From NCBI GenBank assembly GCA_018304615.1, contig JAGVVV010000010.1:26000-89999 (forward strand): a DNA stretch of 64,000 bases, written 5' to 3'. Within the stretch, counting starts at the first letter, position 1. Each line of letters begins with the position of its first letter. The notes beneath the pieces are model-generated. The model did no database searches and was not told the DNA's origin. It saw nothing but the letters and a program-made list of their open reading frames with translations. A program made the translations under genes and the position numbers. Positions 1 through 9,949 of this stretch are shown piece after piece. The stretch comes from Candidatus Aenigmatarchaeota archaeon (GTDB taxonomy: Archaea; Aenigmatarchaeota; Aenigmatarchaeia; CG10238-14; SCSR01).

Positions 1-130
1 CAGTTTTATCGAACATGTGTTCTTTTTTATGTTTTTTAAGAAAGTTGTAATACATTTTGTTGAAATGCCTCATACCACTATCGAACAAAATGTCGCCTGC
101 ATCAAAAATTATTAATTTTATTTTTGCCAT
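1..130 (-). CDS. HAD-superfamily hydrolase, N-terminal part (runs off window start)
   Basis: Hand translation from ATG at 130: MAKIKLIIFDAGDILFD..., a HAD motif I variant; open to position 1. Confidence 0.7.
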   Translation of the reverse strand, partial: MAKIKLIIFDAGDILFDSGMRHFNKMYYNFLKKHKKEHMFDKT

Positions 131-135
131 AACAA

Positions 136-807
136 TTACTTCATCTTACAAACGAAGAAACCATGATCTCTTTCATATGGATCCAAGGTAACAAAATCTA
201 AAATTTCAAAATCTTCTTCCAGCATCTTCTGGGATTCTTTGTAAATCTGTTTTGGATCTTTTATTACGTCAATACTTCGTGATTTGATCGCAATCATTCC
301 ATATCCTTTTGGTTTCAAGAATTTCTTACAGTTCCTTATGAAAATCTTGACTTCTTCAGGATCGGCAACATCAGCATACACCAAATCCACTTTTTCTAAA
401 ACATTATTTTCATAATCTTCAGGTTTTCTCGAATCTGCAAGAATTGGGATTATATTCCCACGTTTTTCTGCATGCGAAATCAAATCCCTCAAAACCCTTT
501 CAGAAATATCAATTCCATAAATGATTCCATCAGGACCGATGATGTCGGAAAAGTGTGATGCTGTAGTCCCACTTGCGACTCCTAGATATAGAACTTTCAT
601 TCCTTCCTTCAAAGGAAATTCTTTCAGGCCTTTCTTAATTGCGGCTGCGGGTTTACTTCTGAAATGATCCCAAGACCTGTATTGAATTTTTTTATCATTA
701 ATTAATTGCTCGCCATAAACTTTTTCTCCAGGAACCAAATTCACAGTTGCAAGATTTTTATCTGCGTAGAAGACGCCAGAAAATTTTTTGTGAGGTTCTA
801 TCTTCAT
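136..807 (-). CDS. flpA: Fibrillarin, box C/D rRNA/tRNA 2'-O-methyltransferase
   Basis: VYGE, YRSWDHFRSK and VLYLGVASGTTASH motifs; directly downstream of Nop5. Confidence 0.96.
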   Translation of the reverse strand: MKIEPHKKFSGVFYADKNLATVNLVPGEKVYGEQLINDKKIQYRSWDHFRSKPAAAIKKGLKEFPLKEGMKVLYLGVASGTTASHFSDIIGPDGIIYGIDISERVLRDLISHAEKRGNIIPILADSRKPEDYENNVLEKVDLVYADVADPEEVKIFIRNCKKFLKPKGYGMIAIKSRSIDVIKDPKQIYKESQKMLEEDFEILDFVTLDPYERDHGFFVCKMK

Positions 808-1877
808 GAGCGCTTCACTATTTCTTTGATTCTTTCTTCAAGTTGTTTCTTCAATTCATCAGCCTTGTATACTTTGGAATAGAAATCCATCTTCGCGGCA
901 ATCGAGAGTTTGGAAGCGAGTGTTCTTGCGATTTTCCCTTTCTGGTCTTTGGAGGCGTTCTGAATCAATGGATGATTGAATAGTATTCCAAACTTTGGAG
1001 AGCGGCCTCTCCCATGAAGAAATCTGAATAGAGCTTTCTCTGCACCCAGAAGTTGGACTGTCGAAGAAGGCGATCTTGCCAATTTCTCGAGGCCGCCTGC
1101 CTTTGAGATAAGTTTTGCTGCAAGGAGAGGACCTGCAAGTTCTCTGATATTCGGAGCGACCTCCTTTAGAGTAATATCAAGATATTTAGAGACTTTCTCC
1201 CTCATTTTGTAAAGGGAATTTATTTCCGAAGCAAAACCTTGAATAATTTTGAAATCTTCGTCCTTCAAGTCCATTCCCATGCTCTTCTCTGTGAATTGTT
1301 TTAATTCTTCGTCATCTATTTTTTCCCTCTGCCCGAACTTTTCAACAAGAGTCGCATATTTCTCATGACTGTCTACAATTCTGTTCATCTCAGGGAAATG
1401 AAGTCCGTACCACTCCCTCAACCTTTCCATAAGAACATTTATGGATCTGTCAAGTTCTTCCAGAGCTCCGTTTGCCTGAACTACCAGACCGTCTCTGCCC
1501 ATGGCCTTTTTGATTTTCACCTTTGTGAGTTCCAAGTTGATCTTTGTAAGAAGATTGTTGAATTCTGCCTGGTCTCTGACAAACTGCCTCTCGACAGCCA
1601 GTCTCCTCAGATTATCTTTGATGAAAGCCTCTTGATCAGTTCCAGTTTCTATGTGCCTTGCCCCATTTTTCCTGAAAGGAAAGATGAATTCCCTGAAACC
1701 TTTCTTCCCAAGTTCATACATCATTTTCTTCTCGTCTTCGGTAACCTCAAACTCAGAAGTTTTGTATTTCTCCGCAATCATTGACGGATCCTTAGGATAA
1801 GGTTTAAATGAGACTATCTTCTTGTTCTCATCCACTGCAAATGTTCCTATGAAAGTTGCAAGAATGTAAACGCGCAT
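804..1877 (-). CDS. nop5: Nop5 (Nop56/58) box C/D RNP scaffold
   Basis: LREWYGLHFPE, TVQLLGAEKALF and PKFG motifs; 4-nt overlap with fibrillarin. Confidence 0.95.
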   Translation of the reverse strand: MRVYILATFIGTFAVDENKKIVSFKPYPKDPSMIAEKYKTSEFEVTEDEKKMMYELGKKGFREFIFPFRKNGARHIETGTDQEAFIKDNLRRLAVERQFVRDQAEFNNLLTKINLELTKVKIKKAMGRDGLVVQANGALEELDRSINVLMERLREWYGLHFPEMNRIVDSHEKYATLVEKFGQREKIDDEELKQFTEKSMGMDLKDEDFKIIQGFASEINSLYKMREKVSKYLDITLKEVAPNIRELAGPLLAAKLISKAGGLEKLARSPSSTVQLLGAEKALFRFLHGRGRSPKFGILFNHPLIQNASKDQKGKIARTLASKLSIAAKMDFYSKVYKADELKKQLEERIKEIVKRS

Positions 1878-1946
1878 AGTTTTTATATTATTTAGACAAG
1901 CTTAAAAATGGAAAAGGGTAAAAGCTAGACTGCGGAGTATAGTAAT

Positions 1947-2696
1947 ATGAAAAAGGGAAGCTTGGTTCTGCTTGTGAGAAACGACAGATCTTATCTTGTC
2001 GAAGCTGGCAAAGGGAACTTGAATCTTAAAGAGGGGAATGTAGATTTAAAACAATTGTTGAAGAAGAAATTTGGGGATGAGATAAAGACGCATATCGGTA
2101 AAAGACTATCGATAGTAGAGCCGAATTTGAAAGATGTTTTAGAAAAAAAAGTCAAAAGACTTCCGCAGATTATAACTCCAAAGGATGTAGCTCTGATTTT
2201 GGCTTATACAGGGATTGGGCAGGGAGACAAAGTGGTTGACGCAGGAACTGGCTCAGGATTCCTATCGATAATCATTGCTAGCTATATTAAACCTGGAAAA
2301 GTTTACACGTACGAGAAGAACAGGCAGTTCTACAACCTAGCTAAAAAAAATCTTAAGATGGCGGGAGTTGAAAAATTCGTCGAATTGAAGAGGGCAGATG
2401 CGACTAGGGGAATAAAACAAAGGAATGTTGATTTAGTAACATTAGATTTAAAGAATCCTGAGAAAATGATTCAGCATGCCTACAAGTCTCTGAAGCCAGG
2501 AGGATGGTTGGTTGTATATTCTCCGTATGTAGAACAGATGAGCAAAGTTTCAAAGGAGATTAAAAAGAAAAACTTTTCTAGTATCAAAATTGTAGAGAAT
2601 ATTGTCAGGGAGTGGCAGGTTGAGGAGTTCACAAGGCCAAGGACGGTTGGATTGATGCACACTGGATTTTTGACATTCGCGAGGAAGATGGGATGA
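1947..2696 (+). CDS. trmI: tRNA (adenine-N1)-methyltransferase
   Basis: PQIITPKD, DAGTGSG, LDL and VYSPYVEQ, HTGFLTFAR. Confidence 0.93.
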   Translation: MKKGSLVLLVRNDRSYLVEAGKGNLNLKEGNVDLKQLLKKKFGDEIKTHIGKRLSIVEPNLKDVLEKKVKRLPQIITPKDVALILAYTGIGQGDKVVDAGTGSGFLSIIIASYIKPGKVYTYEKNRQFYNLAKKNLKMAGVEKFVELKRADATRGIKQRNVDLVTLDLKNPEKMIQHAYKSLKPGGWLVVYSPYVEQMSKVSKEIKKKNFSSIKIVENIVREWQVEEFTRPRTVGLMHTGFLTFARKMG

Positions 2697-2992
2697 CAGA
2701 ATTTTATCTCGCCGCAAGTCAGAACTGGATTTATTTGTTTTTGTATCCAGCTGTTTTGTGGATTATACTGTTAGTTTACAGAAAAAGTTATAAAAAGGTC
2801 GGTGAAATAAAGAAGCAGATGGTTTTTGGAATTGTAAGTGTTCTACTAGGATCGATGGGTGATTTCATAGGGACGAATCTCAATTTATGGCATTTCCCTG
2901 ACGGGGACCTGCCGGCAATAATTGTTATCGTTTATTTCTTTGTTGGGATGGGTGCCTACAATATAGTGAAGTTGATAGACGAAAAGATATGA
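2693..2992 (+). CDS. Small membrane protein (about 3 TM segments), unknown function
   Basis: Hydrophobic segments; ATGA overlap with trmI. Confidence 0.7.
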   Translation: MTEFYLAASQNWIYLFLYPAVLWIILLVYRKSYKKVGEIKKQMVFGIVSVLLGSMGDFIGTNLNLWHFPDGDLPAIIVIVYFFVGMGAYNIVKLIDEKI

Positions 2993-3573
2993 TAACAAAA
3001 ATGGCAAGACATGAATTCGAACCGACTCCAGAAATAACTCCACAAATGATCAGAGAGATGTTCAAGGTCCTTGACGAGAAAGGAATGATTTACTATACGA
3101 CAGAGGGGGCATATGTCCCGACTGAAAGTGGATGGAAAAAATTGGTTTCCACTAAAAATGTCAAGGAAGAGATCGTTGCTTACGGCCATCCGAATATTAC
3201 TGCGACTCATACAACTACATTTGAGATAACAAAATCTCCAGAATTGGGCAAAGAAGGAAGTTGTGTCATAGCTGTGAGGGCAAATAAAGCTTGCGCTGAT
3301 CTCAGTGACGAGTTCAGGAATGCTCTGAAGGAAGCGAGAAAATTAGAAATAACTCTTGAAGCTGGAGGCGTGGAAGACAAAATTGTCGCTTATGGCTCTC
3401 CAGCTTTGAGACTAAGCCATCCTGAGGACATTGTGATAAGGACTAGTGACTTCATAGATGGGAGAACATTAGCTATCTTGTCAAGCAAGTCGGCAAATGA
3501 GATTAGCCAAGATTTGATAGAACAGTTGCGAAAACCAGAGACAAAACTAAAAATAACTCTTGAGTTAAAGTGA
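2989..3573 (+). CDS. DUF371-family protein with an N-terminal winged-helix-like extension (start may be ATG 3001)
   Basis: AYGHPNITATHTTTFEITK, CVIAVRANKA and IVIRTSDFIDGRTLAI are typical of DUF371. Confidence 0.8.
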   Translation: MITKMARHEFEPTPEITPQMIREMFKVLDEKGMIYYTTEGAYVPTESGWKKLVSTKNVKEEIVAYGHPNITATHTTTFEITKSPELGKEGSCVIAVRANKACADLSDEFRNALKEARKLEITLEAGGVEDKIVAYGSPALRLSHPEDIVIRTSDFIDGRTLAILSSKSANEISQDLIEQLRKPETKLKITLELK

Positions 3574-3577
3574 ATTT

Positions 3578-4351
3578 ATGAATGTTTGGCATAAGCTGCT
3601 GGGAATTGTTGGTCTTGCTATCTCTGTCATAAGTGTTTTCTTTTCAGTCACATATTCGTTCCATTACTGGTACAGTTTTTTTATTGTCGGAAGTTTTTTG
3701 TTTTTTGATTATTTGGATTTAAAAATTAGGAAAGATTCAACGCTAATGCATCCCAAAAGGTTTCTGAAAATATATCTTTTGTTTTCATTGGTAGGAGGAG
3801 TATTTGATGTGATTCTGGCCAGAAGGATTGCAAACCTTTGGGTGTACCCATACCTAGGCGGGATTTTGAATGTTGCAGTTCCAACATTCGTCTACAATCC
3901 GTTCGGTGGCTTTTCTATTTATGAGATGTACCAGGTAGCAAACCAGAAGCTAAGGAAGCTGAGCAAAAAAATTATTGATTTCGGAGTGATAGAAAAAATA
4001 GGCAAATTTAGATTGTCTGTCACTATGCTGATAACAACATATTTTATTCTATATTCATTATGGCCGGGAAAATTAAGCCTGTTCATTTTCAGCCCTATTT
4101 TGGTTATTGCCGTTCTTATTTTAATCGCGAGGGCAACAAACAGAAAGGCAAGTTCAATTTTTTCCTTGCTGCTAACATCATGGAGTGCTGGGTTTTTGCA
4201 TGAACTACCAAATATTTTTTCCCAAGAATGGATTTATTTCCCGACTATTGGCCAATCAATACTGGGCATACCTGTTCTCGTATATATAATATTTGCCGGG
4301 TGGCCGCTTTTGTTGTCTGCAACAATAGTGATTTATCAAAAAATAAAATAG
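3578..4351 (+). CDS. Multi-pass membrane protein, unknown function
   Basis: About 8 hydrophobic segments; no recognised motif. Confidence 0.7.
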   Translation: MNVWHKLLGIVGLAISVISVFFSVTYSFHYWYSFFIVGSFLFFDYLDLKIRKDSTLMHPKRFLKIYLLFSLVGGVFDVILARRIANLWVYPYLGGILNVAVPTFVYNPFGGFSIYEMYQVANQKLRKLSKKIIDFGVIEKIGKFRLSVTMLITTYFILYSLWPGKLSLFIFSPILVIAVLILIARATNRKASSIFSLLLTSWSAGFLHELPNIFSQEWIYFPTIGQSILGIPVLVYIIFAGWPLLLSATIVIYQKIK

Positions 4352-4425
4352 GGGTCGTAGTCGAACTTGGTTAAGACGCCAGCCTCGGGCGCTGGAAATT
4401 CTGGGTTCAAATCCCAGCGATCCCA
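4351..4425 (+). tRNA. tRNA-Pro(CGG), intronless, CCA not encoded
   Basis: Acceptor stem GGGGTCG/CGATCCC; D arm GTC..GAC; anticodon arm CCAGC-CTCGGGC-GCTGG; T arm CTGGG-TTCAAAT-CCCAG; discriminator A4425. Confidence 0.95.
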
Positions 4426-6582
4426 CTAGTATTTCTTTAGAGTTGCCTGCTTCTCGTCTTTACTCTCTTTACCTTCCAGCTGGTTCTTCACAGATTCGGC
4501 GACTTTTCTTCCGACGATTACAGACAGGCTTTCTATCGGAACCTTCCTAAGATCCTCAAGAGATTTCAGTCCTGAATTGAAAAGCTTCCTTGCCCTAGCT
4601 CTACCTATGTTCTTCAATTTTACAAGTGGGAGTAGTTCTTCTCTCACACCGTACATGAGGCGAACTCTTACTTTCCTAACTTCCTTCAGAGTACCTTTCA
4701 TGCCGAGAAGCAGTGCGAGTTCATTGATCGAATACAAGAGCCAATCAGCATTTTTCAACCTATTCCTCAGTTCGCCTGGAGCAACTCTGAACTTCGCCAA
4801 AATCTCGTCTTCACTTGCCTCGTTGAGCCACTCTTCAAACATCATAGCAGTCTTGATGCTTTTCAAAAAGTCATCGAATTCCAAATCCCATTCTTCTGGG
4901 ATTTTTTCTAAGATGTGCCTCTGTTCTTTAGTTATGAATGAATAGATGTCTGTAGTCTCAGAAGTTCTTACATTTAGAAAAGGTTTCATCTCATCAGTAT
5001 GGCAGATTGTCTGAAGGAAGCTGAGATGATTAATATCTTTTTTGGCAGACTCATGAAGACATTCGATAAACTTGTGTGCTGTCATTGGATCTACGTAAAG
5101 TTCTGAAACTCTCTTTCCGATTTTGGTGGTAGCCAATTTATTATTTTTCGAGATTATGAAACCCCATTCGATCAAATTGTCAAGAATGTTCTGTATCTGC
5201 TCTTCTATCATAGACATCTCTCCGTACTGGAAGGCGTAGAAAGTCTTTGCGAAAAATTCCAAGAGAGTTTTCTCTGATTTTACAAACTCGCTTGAGATTA
5301 GTGAAAGAGTGTGCATGCGAAGGGCTGACTCCATCGCTAGTTTGGAGCGAATGTCTTCAGGCTCGCCCATGATGAAATGATCTGTGAGATCTTGAGCATC
5401 TTCTTCAGATCTTGCAATAAGAATTGATTCACCGAATTCGTCGTACTGCGGTCTACCTGCCCTTCCAACAAACTGCTTGTATTCGAGCACTGGGATGTAC
5501 ATTGCACCAATGCCAGAATAGAACCTCTTCACATCTTTGATTACGACCCTGAAAGCTGGGAGATTCACACCGAGAGCAAGTGTTGGCGTGGCTACGATAA
5601 CTTTAACCAATCCTTTCCTGAACTCGTCTTCAATCAATCTTCTCTGTTTCCCTAATAGACCTGCATGATGGAACGCAGTCCCATTTTTCAGACATGCGGC
5701 GAGTTTCTTGCATTGCCTTGTAGGATTATCTAATGTGTACAATGCCTGGTCTGAAATAGTCTCCAATTCAAAGCTCTGACTCCTTGGAAGTTTTAGTCTG
5801 ACCAACTTTGTCAAATCCTCGGCAAGTTTCTCAGCGCTTCTTCTAGTTGAAACGAAAATCAAAACTTGCTTGTTCATGTTAAGGGTGTTCTCAACTATTG
5901 CGGCATCAGTCTCCAATTTAGAGAGCTCATATCCGTTCTTTCCGTAAAAGAAAATTTTGGAATCGAAAGCCACTCCTTCGTACAGTTTCACAGGCCTATA
6001 ATCGCTTATTACTAAAGAAGCGTTCAACCACTTTGCAAGCTCATGTGAATTTTTTATAGTGGCAGACAAACCTAAAATTTGCGTTCTAGGGATTATCTCC
6101 TTCAAATTGGTAATAAGTATTTCGAGAGTGGGCCCTCTCGAAGTGTCATTCAACAAATGTATCTCGTCTACTACAATCAGTCCTGTTTCTTTCAACCACG
6201 GAACCGAGTGCCTTATCAGGCTGTCAAGTTTCTCTGTGGTCGCGACGATGATGTCATAGTTAGCCAGCCATGGATCTGCAGAATCCAAATCGCCAACAGA
6301 TATTGCGACTTTGAAGCCTAATTTTTCATATTTCTCTTTGAAGGTTTGGTACTTTTCATTTGCCAGAGATACAAGAGGGACTATGTATATGGATTTCTTT
6401 TTCTGCAGAATAGTTTTCAAGATAAGGAAGTCAGCACAAAGGGTTTTTCCGCTAGCTGTCGGTGCAGAAATCACAACATTTCGTTCGAAAAAATCTCCCT
6501 TGGTTGCAAGCTTCTGCATTGGATTCAAGTCTTTCAAATCATAGACATCGAGGATTTTCTGAATGATCTCCTTCTCAGGCAT
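4426..6582 (-). CDS. hel308: Hel308/Hjm Ski2-like DNA helicase
   Basis: APTASGKT, DEIH, GLSAT, AFHHAGL, GRAGRP; C-terminal HhH; PIP-like tail QATLKKY; ATG 6582 follows GGTGAG. Confidence 0.93.
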   Translation of the reverse strand: MPEKEIIQKILDVYDLKDLNPMQKLATKGDFFERNVVISAPTASGKTLCADFLILKTILQKKKSIYIVPLVSLANEKYQTFKEKYEKLGFKVAISVGDLDSADPWLANYDIIVATTEKLDSLIRHSVPWLKETGLIVVDEIHLLNDTSRGPTLEILITNLKEIIPRTQILGLSATIKNSHELAKWLNASLVISDYRPVKLYEGVAFDSKIFFYGKNGYELSKLETDAAIVENTLNMNKQVLIFVSTRRSAEKLAEDLTKLVRLKLPRSQSFELETISDQALYTLDNPTRQCKKLAACLKNGTAFHHAGLLGKQRRLIEDEFRKGLVKVIVATPTLALGVNLPAFRVVIKDVKRFYSGIGAMYIPVLEYKQFVGRAGRPQYDEFGESILIARSEEDAQDLTDHFIMGEPEDIRSKLAMESALRMHTLSLISSEFVKSEKTLLEFFAKTFYAFQYGEMSMIEEQIQNILDNLIEWGFIISKNNKLATTKIGKRVSELYVDPMTAHKFIECLHESAKKDINHLSFLQTICHTDEMKPFLNVRTSETTDIYSFITKEQRHILEKIPEEWDLEFDDFLKSIKTAMMFEEWLNEASEDEILAKFRVAPGELRNRLKNADWLLYSINELALLLGMKGTLKEVRKVRVRLMYGVREELLPLVKLKNIGRARARKLFNSGLKSLEDLRKVPIESLSVIVGRKVAESVKNQLEGKESKDEKQATLKKY

Positions 6583-6651
6583 GTTTCTCACCAAACCACT
6601 ATCCGTTAATTTAAGGTAACAAGAATAAAAATAAACAAAGGTCGATTTCCT

Positions 6652-7122
6652 ATTAATAATTTAAAAATTAGAAGAGCGAAAGTTACTGATTTGAAGGTAT
6701 TACAGATCTTAAATCAAAGTCTCATCCAGTCTGACAAAAAAAGTGATAAACTGCTCAATGAAAAATGGTCTTACAATGAAGGGAGAAGATTCCTTAAGAA
6801 AAGGATTGCGAGTAAAAACTCTATTTGTTTGGTAGCAGAATTTGGAAATGAAATCGTAGGCTACTTAGTTGGGTCGGTAAAAAAAATGGAATCTTGGAGA
6901 CCTGTGAGGAGAACTGAAATAGAGGAGATGTTCGTCAAGGAAAATTTTAGAAGTAAGGGCGTCGGGAGTAGATTGGTCAGACATTTTCTCAAATGGAGCA
7001 AGGAATCCAAAACGCAAAGAGTTTTGGTTTTCGTATACGACTCGAACAGTAAAGGCATCAAATTTTATAAAAAGATGGGGTTCAAAAAAGACAGATTGGC
7101 TATGGAGATGGAAGTAAGATAA
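6652..7122 (+). CDS. GNAT-family acetyltransferase (start uncertain: ATT 6652 or TTG 6691)
   Basis: FVKENFRSKGVGSRL and FYKKMGF motifs; in-frame upstream KIRRAKVTDL is a typical GNAT first strand. Confidence 0.85.
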   Translation: MNNLKIRRAKVTDLKVLQILNQSLIQSDKKSDKLLNEKWSYNEGRRFLKKRIASKNSICLVAEFGNEIVGYLVGSVKKMESWRPVRRTEIEEMFVKENFRSKGVGSRLVRHFLKWSKESKTQRVLVFVYDSNSKGIKFYKKMGFKKDRLAMEMEVR

Positions 7123-7153
7123 ATCTCGACTCTAAACTTAAGATGTGGTAAAA

Positions 7154-8140
7154 ATGATTTCGCTTGGTATCGAATGCACGGCTCACACATTCGGTGTTGG
7201 GATTGTAGATTCTGATGGGAAAATTCTTGCGAATGAGAGGGATATGTACAGGCCAGCACTAGGGAAAGGAATTATCCCAACCGAAGCTGGCGAGCACCAT
7301 AGAAAAGTAAGCAAACAGTTATTTGAAAGAGCTTTGGAGAAGGCCGGGATAAAAATTGAAGATGTGGATGTGATAGCTTATTCGGCAGGCCCGGGCCTCC
7401 CGCCGGCTTTGCTCGCAGGTTTTGAATTCGCAGAATCCATTTCTAAAAAATATAAGAAAAAACTCATGCCTGTTAATCATCCTGTTGCGCATCTTGAAAT
7501 AGGAAAGTTGACAACGAACACGAAAGATCCTGTGTATGTATATCTCTCAGGAGGAAACACGCAGATAATCGCATTCGCAGAAGGCAGATATAGGATTTTC
7601 GGGGAGACGGAGGACATCACAATCGGGAATTGTTTTGATGTTTTTGCCAGGGAAGTTGGTTTGCCGATGCCTGGGGGTCCGGAAATTGAGAAGATTGCCA
7701 AACATGGAAAGTATATAGAGCTTCCATATGTAGTGAAGGGGATGGACCTTTCTTTTTCTGGAATCTTGACGAAATCTCGGAGATTGTACGAAGGTGGGGC
7801 GAGAAAAGAAGATTTGGCTTTCAGCATGCAGGAAGTCTGTTTCTCCATGCTTGCCGAGGTAACTGAAAGGGCCGTTGCTCACATGGACAAGAAGGAAGTC
7901 CTTCTCGTTGGAGGAGTAGTCGCTAACAAGAGGCTCCAGGAAATCATGGGGAGGATGAGTGAAGACAGGGGAGCTAAGATGTATGTGGTCCCGGAAGAAT
8001 ACTCAGGCGACCAGGGAGCCATGATAGCCTGGGTCGGAATTCTGGCCTATAAATCTGGTTGGAAAGATGGTGTAATTTCAAAGGAAAAAATAGATGGAAA
8101 ATGGCGCATTGATGAAGTCGAAATCACGTGGAAAGAATAA
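7154..8140 (+). CDS. kae1: KEOPS N6-threonylcarbamoyltransferase Kae1
   Basis: LGIECTAHT, HPVAHLEIG, SGGNTQ, LPYVVKGMDLSFSG, DQGAMIAW. Confidence 0.95.
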   Translation: MISLGIECTAHTFGVGIVDSDGKILANERDMYRPALGKGIIPTEAGEHHRKVSKQLFERALEKAGIKIEDVDVIAYSAGPGLPPALLAGFEFAESISKKYKKKLMPVNHPVAHLEIGKLTTNTKDPVYVYLSGGNTQIIAFAEGRYRIFGETEDITIGNCFDVFAREVGLPMPGGPEIEKIAKHGKYIELPYVVKGMDLSFSGILTKSRRLYEGGARKEDLAFSMQEVCFSMLAEVTERAVAHMDKKEVLLVGGVVANKRLQEIMGRMSEDRGAKMYVVPEEYSGDQGAMIAWVGILAYKSGWKDGVISKEKIDGKWRIDEVEITWKE

Positions 8141-8216
8141 AAAATATGGAAAGTTCAAAGACTTCTAAACAAATCACAAAATATAGTAACTGGTTTAAAG
8201 AGCCTTCTGATTGATC

Positions 8217-8480
8217 TTACACGAGTTCGTTCTCGCTGATAATCACGAAGTCGCCTATGGACTTGACAGCGCTGAAAGGAATCAGGTTCCTTCCCTTTTC
8301 ATCAGATTTGAGATTGAGATCGCTCAAGTGCTTGGTAGGCTGCTCAACTACGATGTTAAGGAGCTCACCGCTCTCTGTGATGAAGTCAATATTACTGACG
8401 ACGCCAAATTTCCTGCCTGTTTCTTCGCTGATTACGGATTTGCCGACTATGTCAGCCGCTCTTACTTTTGTCTCTGGCAT
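8217..8480 (-). CDS. PRC-barrel domain protein (CdpB-like)
   Basis: IVGKSVISEETGRKFGVVSNI...LIPFSAVKSIGDFVII. Confidence 0.88.
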   Translation of the reverse strand: MPETKVRAADIVGKSVISEETGRKFGVVSNIDFITESGELLNIVVEQPTKHLSDLNLKSDEKGRNLIPFSAVKSIGDFVIISENELV

Positions 8481-8540
8481 TAAATCACTATAATTTATTG
8501 GTTTTTAACATTTTTAACCCTTTTCAGGCATACTTAATTT

Positions 8541-9074
8541 ATGGTAAGGGTTTTTGTCGGAATTCTTCTTCCAGACAGTTTGAAAGATATTGTGGCTGGA
8601 TTGCAGGGAACCCTAGGAAACCTTCCTATGAAATGTAAATTTACAGAAAGGGAAAACTTGCATATAAGTTTAGATTTTATTGGTGAGATCGAACAAGGAA
8701 ATTTGGAATCGATTAAAAACAAAATTTCTGACATAGCCAAGCGTACGAATAAATTCCAAATAGAATTTGTAGAGATGAAGCTCATCCCGAACGAAAGATT
8801 GGTAAGAGTTATAGGGCTGGAGGTGAAATCGCCAGAACTCGAAGCCCTCGGAAGGGAGATGAAAGAAAAAATAGGCGGTGACGTGAAACCCCCACATCTG
8901 ACTCTATGCAGAGTAAAAAACATTTTGCCGAGAAATGGATTTATTGAGATGTTTCAAAAAATAAAAAAAGAGAGAATTCCTTCATTCGAAGTGAAATCAA
9001 TACAACTAATAGAGAGCCGACTCAGTAGTAAAGGACCTGCCTATTCAGTGGTTTCTGACTTTTCGCTTGCCTGA
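8541..9074 (+). CDS. thpR: RNA 2',3'-cyclic phosphodiesterase (2H family)
   Basis: Two HxS/T motifs (NLHISLDFIG, PPHLTLCR); ESRLSSKGPAY tail. Confidence 0.9.
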   Translation: MVRVFVGILLPDSLKDIVAGLQGTLGNLPMKCKFTERENLHISLDFIGEIEQGNLESIKNKISDIAKRTNKFQIEFVEMKLIPNERLVRVIGLEVKSPELEALGREMKEKIGGDVKPPHLTLCRVKNILPRNGFIEMFQKIKKERIPSFEVKSIQLIESRLSSKGPAYSVVSDFSLA

Positions 9075-9949
9075 GGAGCAGCGTTTCTTCGTATGAATTC
9101 CTTAAGTTCTTTTGTTTTTACTTCTGTTTTCAACAACTGGGCATCTATTTTTTCTCTGAGCGCTTTGAAGATTTCTTTCTTAGTGAGATCCTCGACTTCT
9201 TTCTCTGTTGGGGCCCTCACTATGTAGTCGATGTCGCACAGCTGCAAGGCCTCCTTTATTATCAAGTCACCGCCACGATCTCCATCAACAAATAGGGTTG
9301 TGATTTTTTCTTTAGAAAGATTAACCACAGCTCCGGGAATTGTTGTCCCACCAATGGCAATTGCATTGTTGATCCCGTTCTTCAAAAGATTCAAGACGTC
9401 TGCCCTACCTTCAACTAGAATTACTTCGTCAGAAGTCTGGACGTCTGGGCCTGAAGGCAATCCCATGAAATCCAAAATCTGTGCTGTCCTGACGTCTTCC
9501 TTAATCTGTTCGGTGATTGCAGTTGCTGATGGTTGCTCTACCCCGATGAGATTTTGCAGGATGTCCTTTGCCCTGCCAATCATAAAGTCTCTTTTCATCA
9601 CCCGCACGTCTTTCACGACAGAAACTTTTACCTTCGCATTTGACGGACCTATCCTCTCTATCGTTTCAAACGCTGCGGCAACCAGCGCGGTTTCAGAACT
9701 GTCTAGGCTGGAAGGTACATAGAACTTGCCGGAAGTTTTTCCTTCGATTGCTTCTACTTCGACGTCTATTCTACCTATTCTTCCTGTTCTCTGCAATTCT
9801 CTCAGATCTAAATCCTGGCCAAGCAGTCCTTCTGTCTGACCGAATATAGCTCCGATGACGTCAGGTTTTTCGACGGTTGCGTCTGTTGTGAATTCTACTT
9901 CTATCAAATATTTTGTTGTTGATTGGGCCAATTTCCCCGTAGTAATCAT
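9041..9949 (-). CDS. dnaG: Archaeal DnaG (toprim, exosome-associated); true start may be ACG 9940
   Basis: VEKPDVIGAIFGQTEGLLG, LVEGRADV, FVDGDRGG, KEVEDL. Confidence 0.95.
   Translation of the reverse strand: MITTGKLAQSTTKYLIEVEFTTDATVEKPDVIGAIFGQTEGLLGQDLDLRELQRTGRIGRIDVEVEAIEGKTSGKFYVPSSLDSSETALVAAAFETIERIGPSNAKVKVSVVKDVRVMKRDFMIGRAKDILQNLIGVEQPSATAITEQIKEDVRTAQILDFMGLPSGPDVQTSDEVILVEGRADVLNLLKNGINNAIAIGGTTIPGAVVNLSKEKITTLFVDGDRGGDLIIKEALQLCDIDYIVRAPTEKEVEDLTKKEIFKALREKIDAQLLKTEVKTKELKEFIRRNAAPQASEKSETTE

Noticed and set aside
4351..4425. tRNA-Pro as an integration site
   Set aside because: No integrase and no duplicated tRNA 3' end seen in the window
8141..8216. Box C/D guide RNA in intergenic gaps (expected given fibrillarin/Nop5)
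   Set aside because: No properly spaced RTGATGA...CTGA pair found by eye here or in the other gaps examined; a covariance search would be needed
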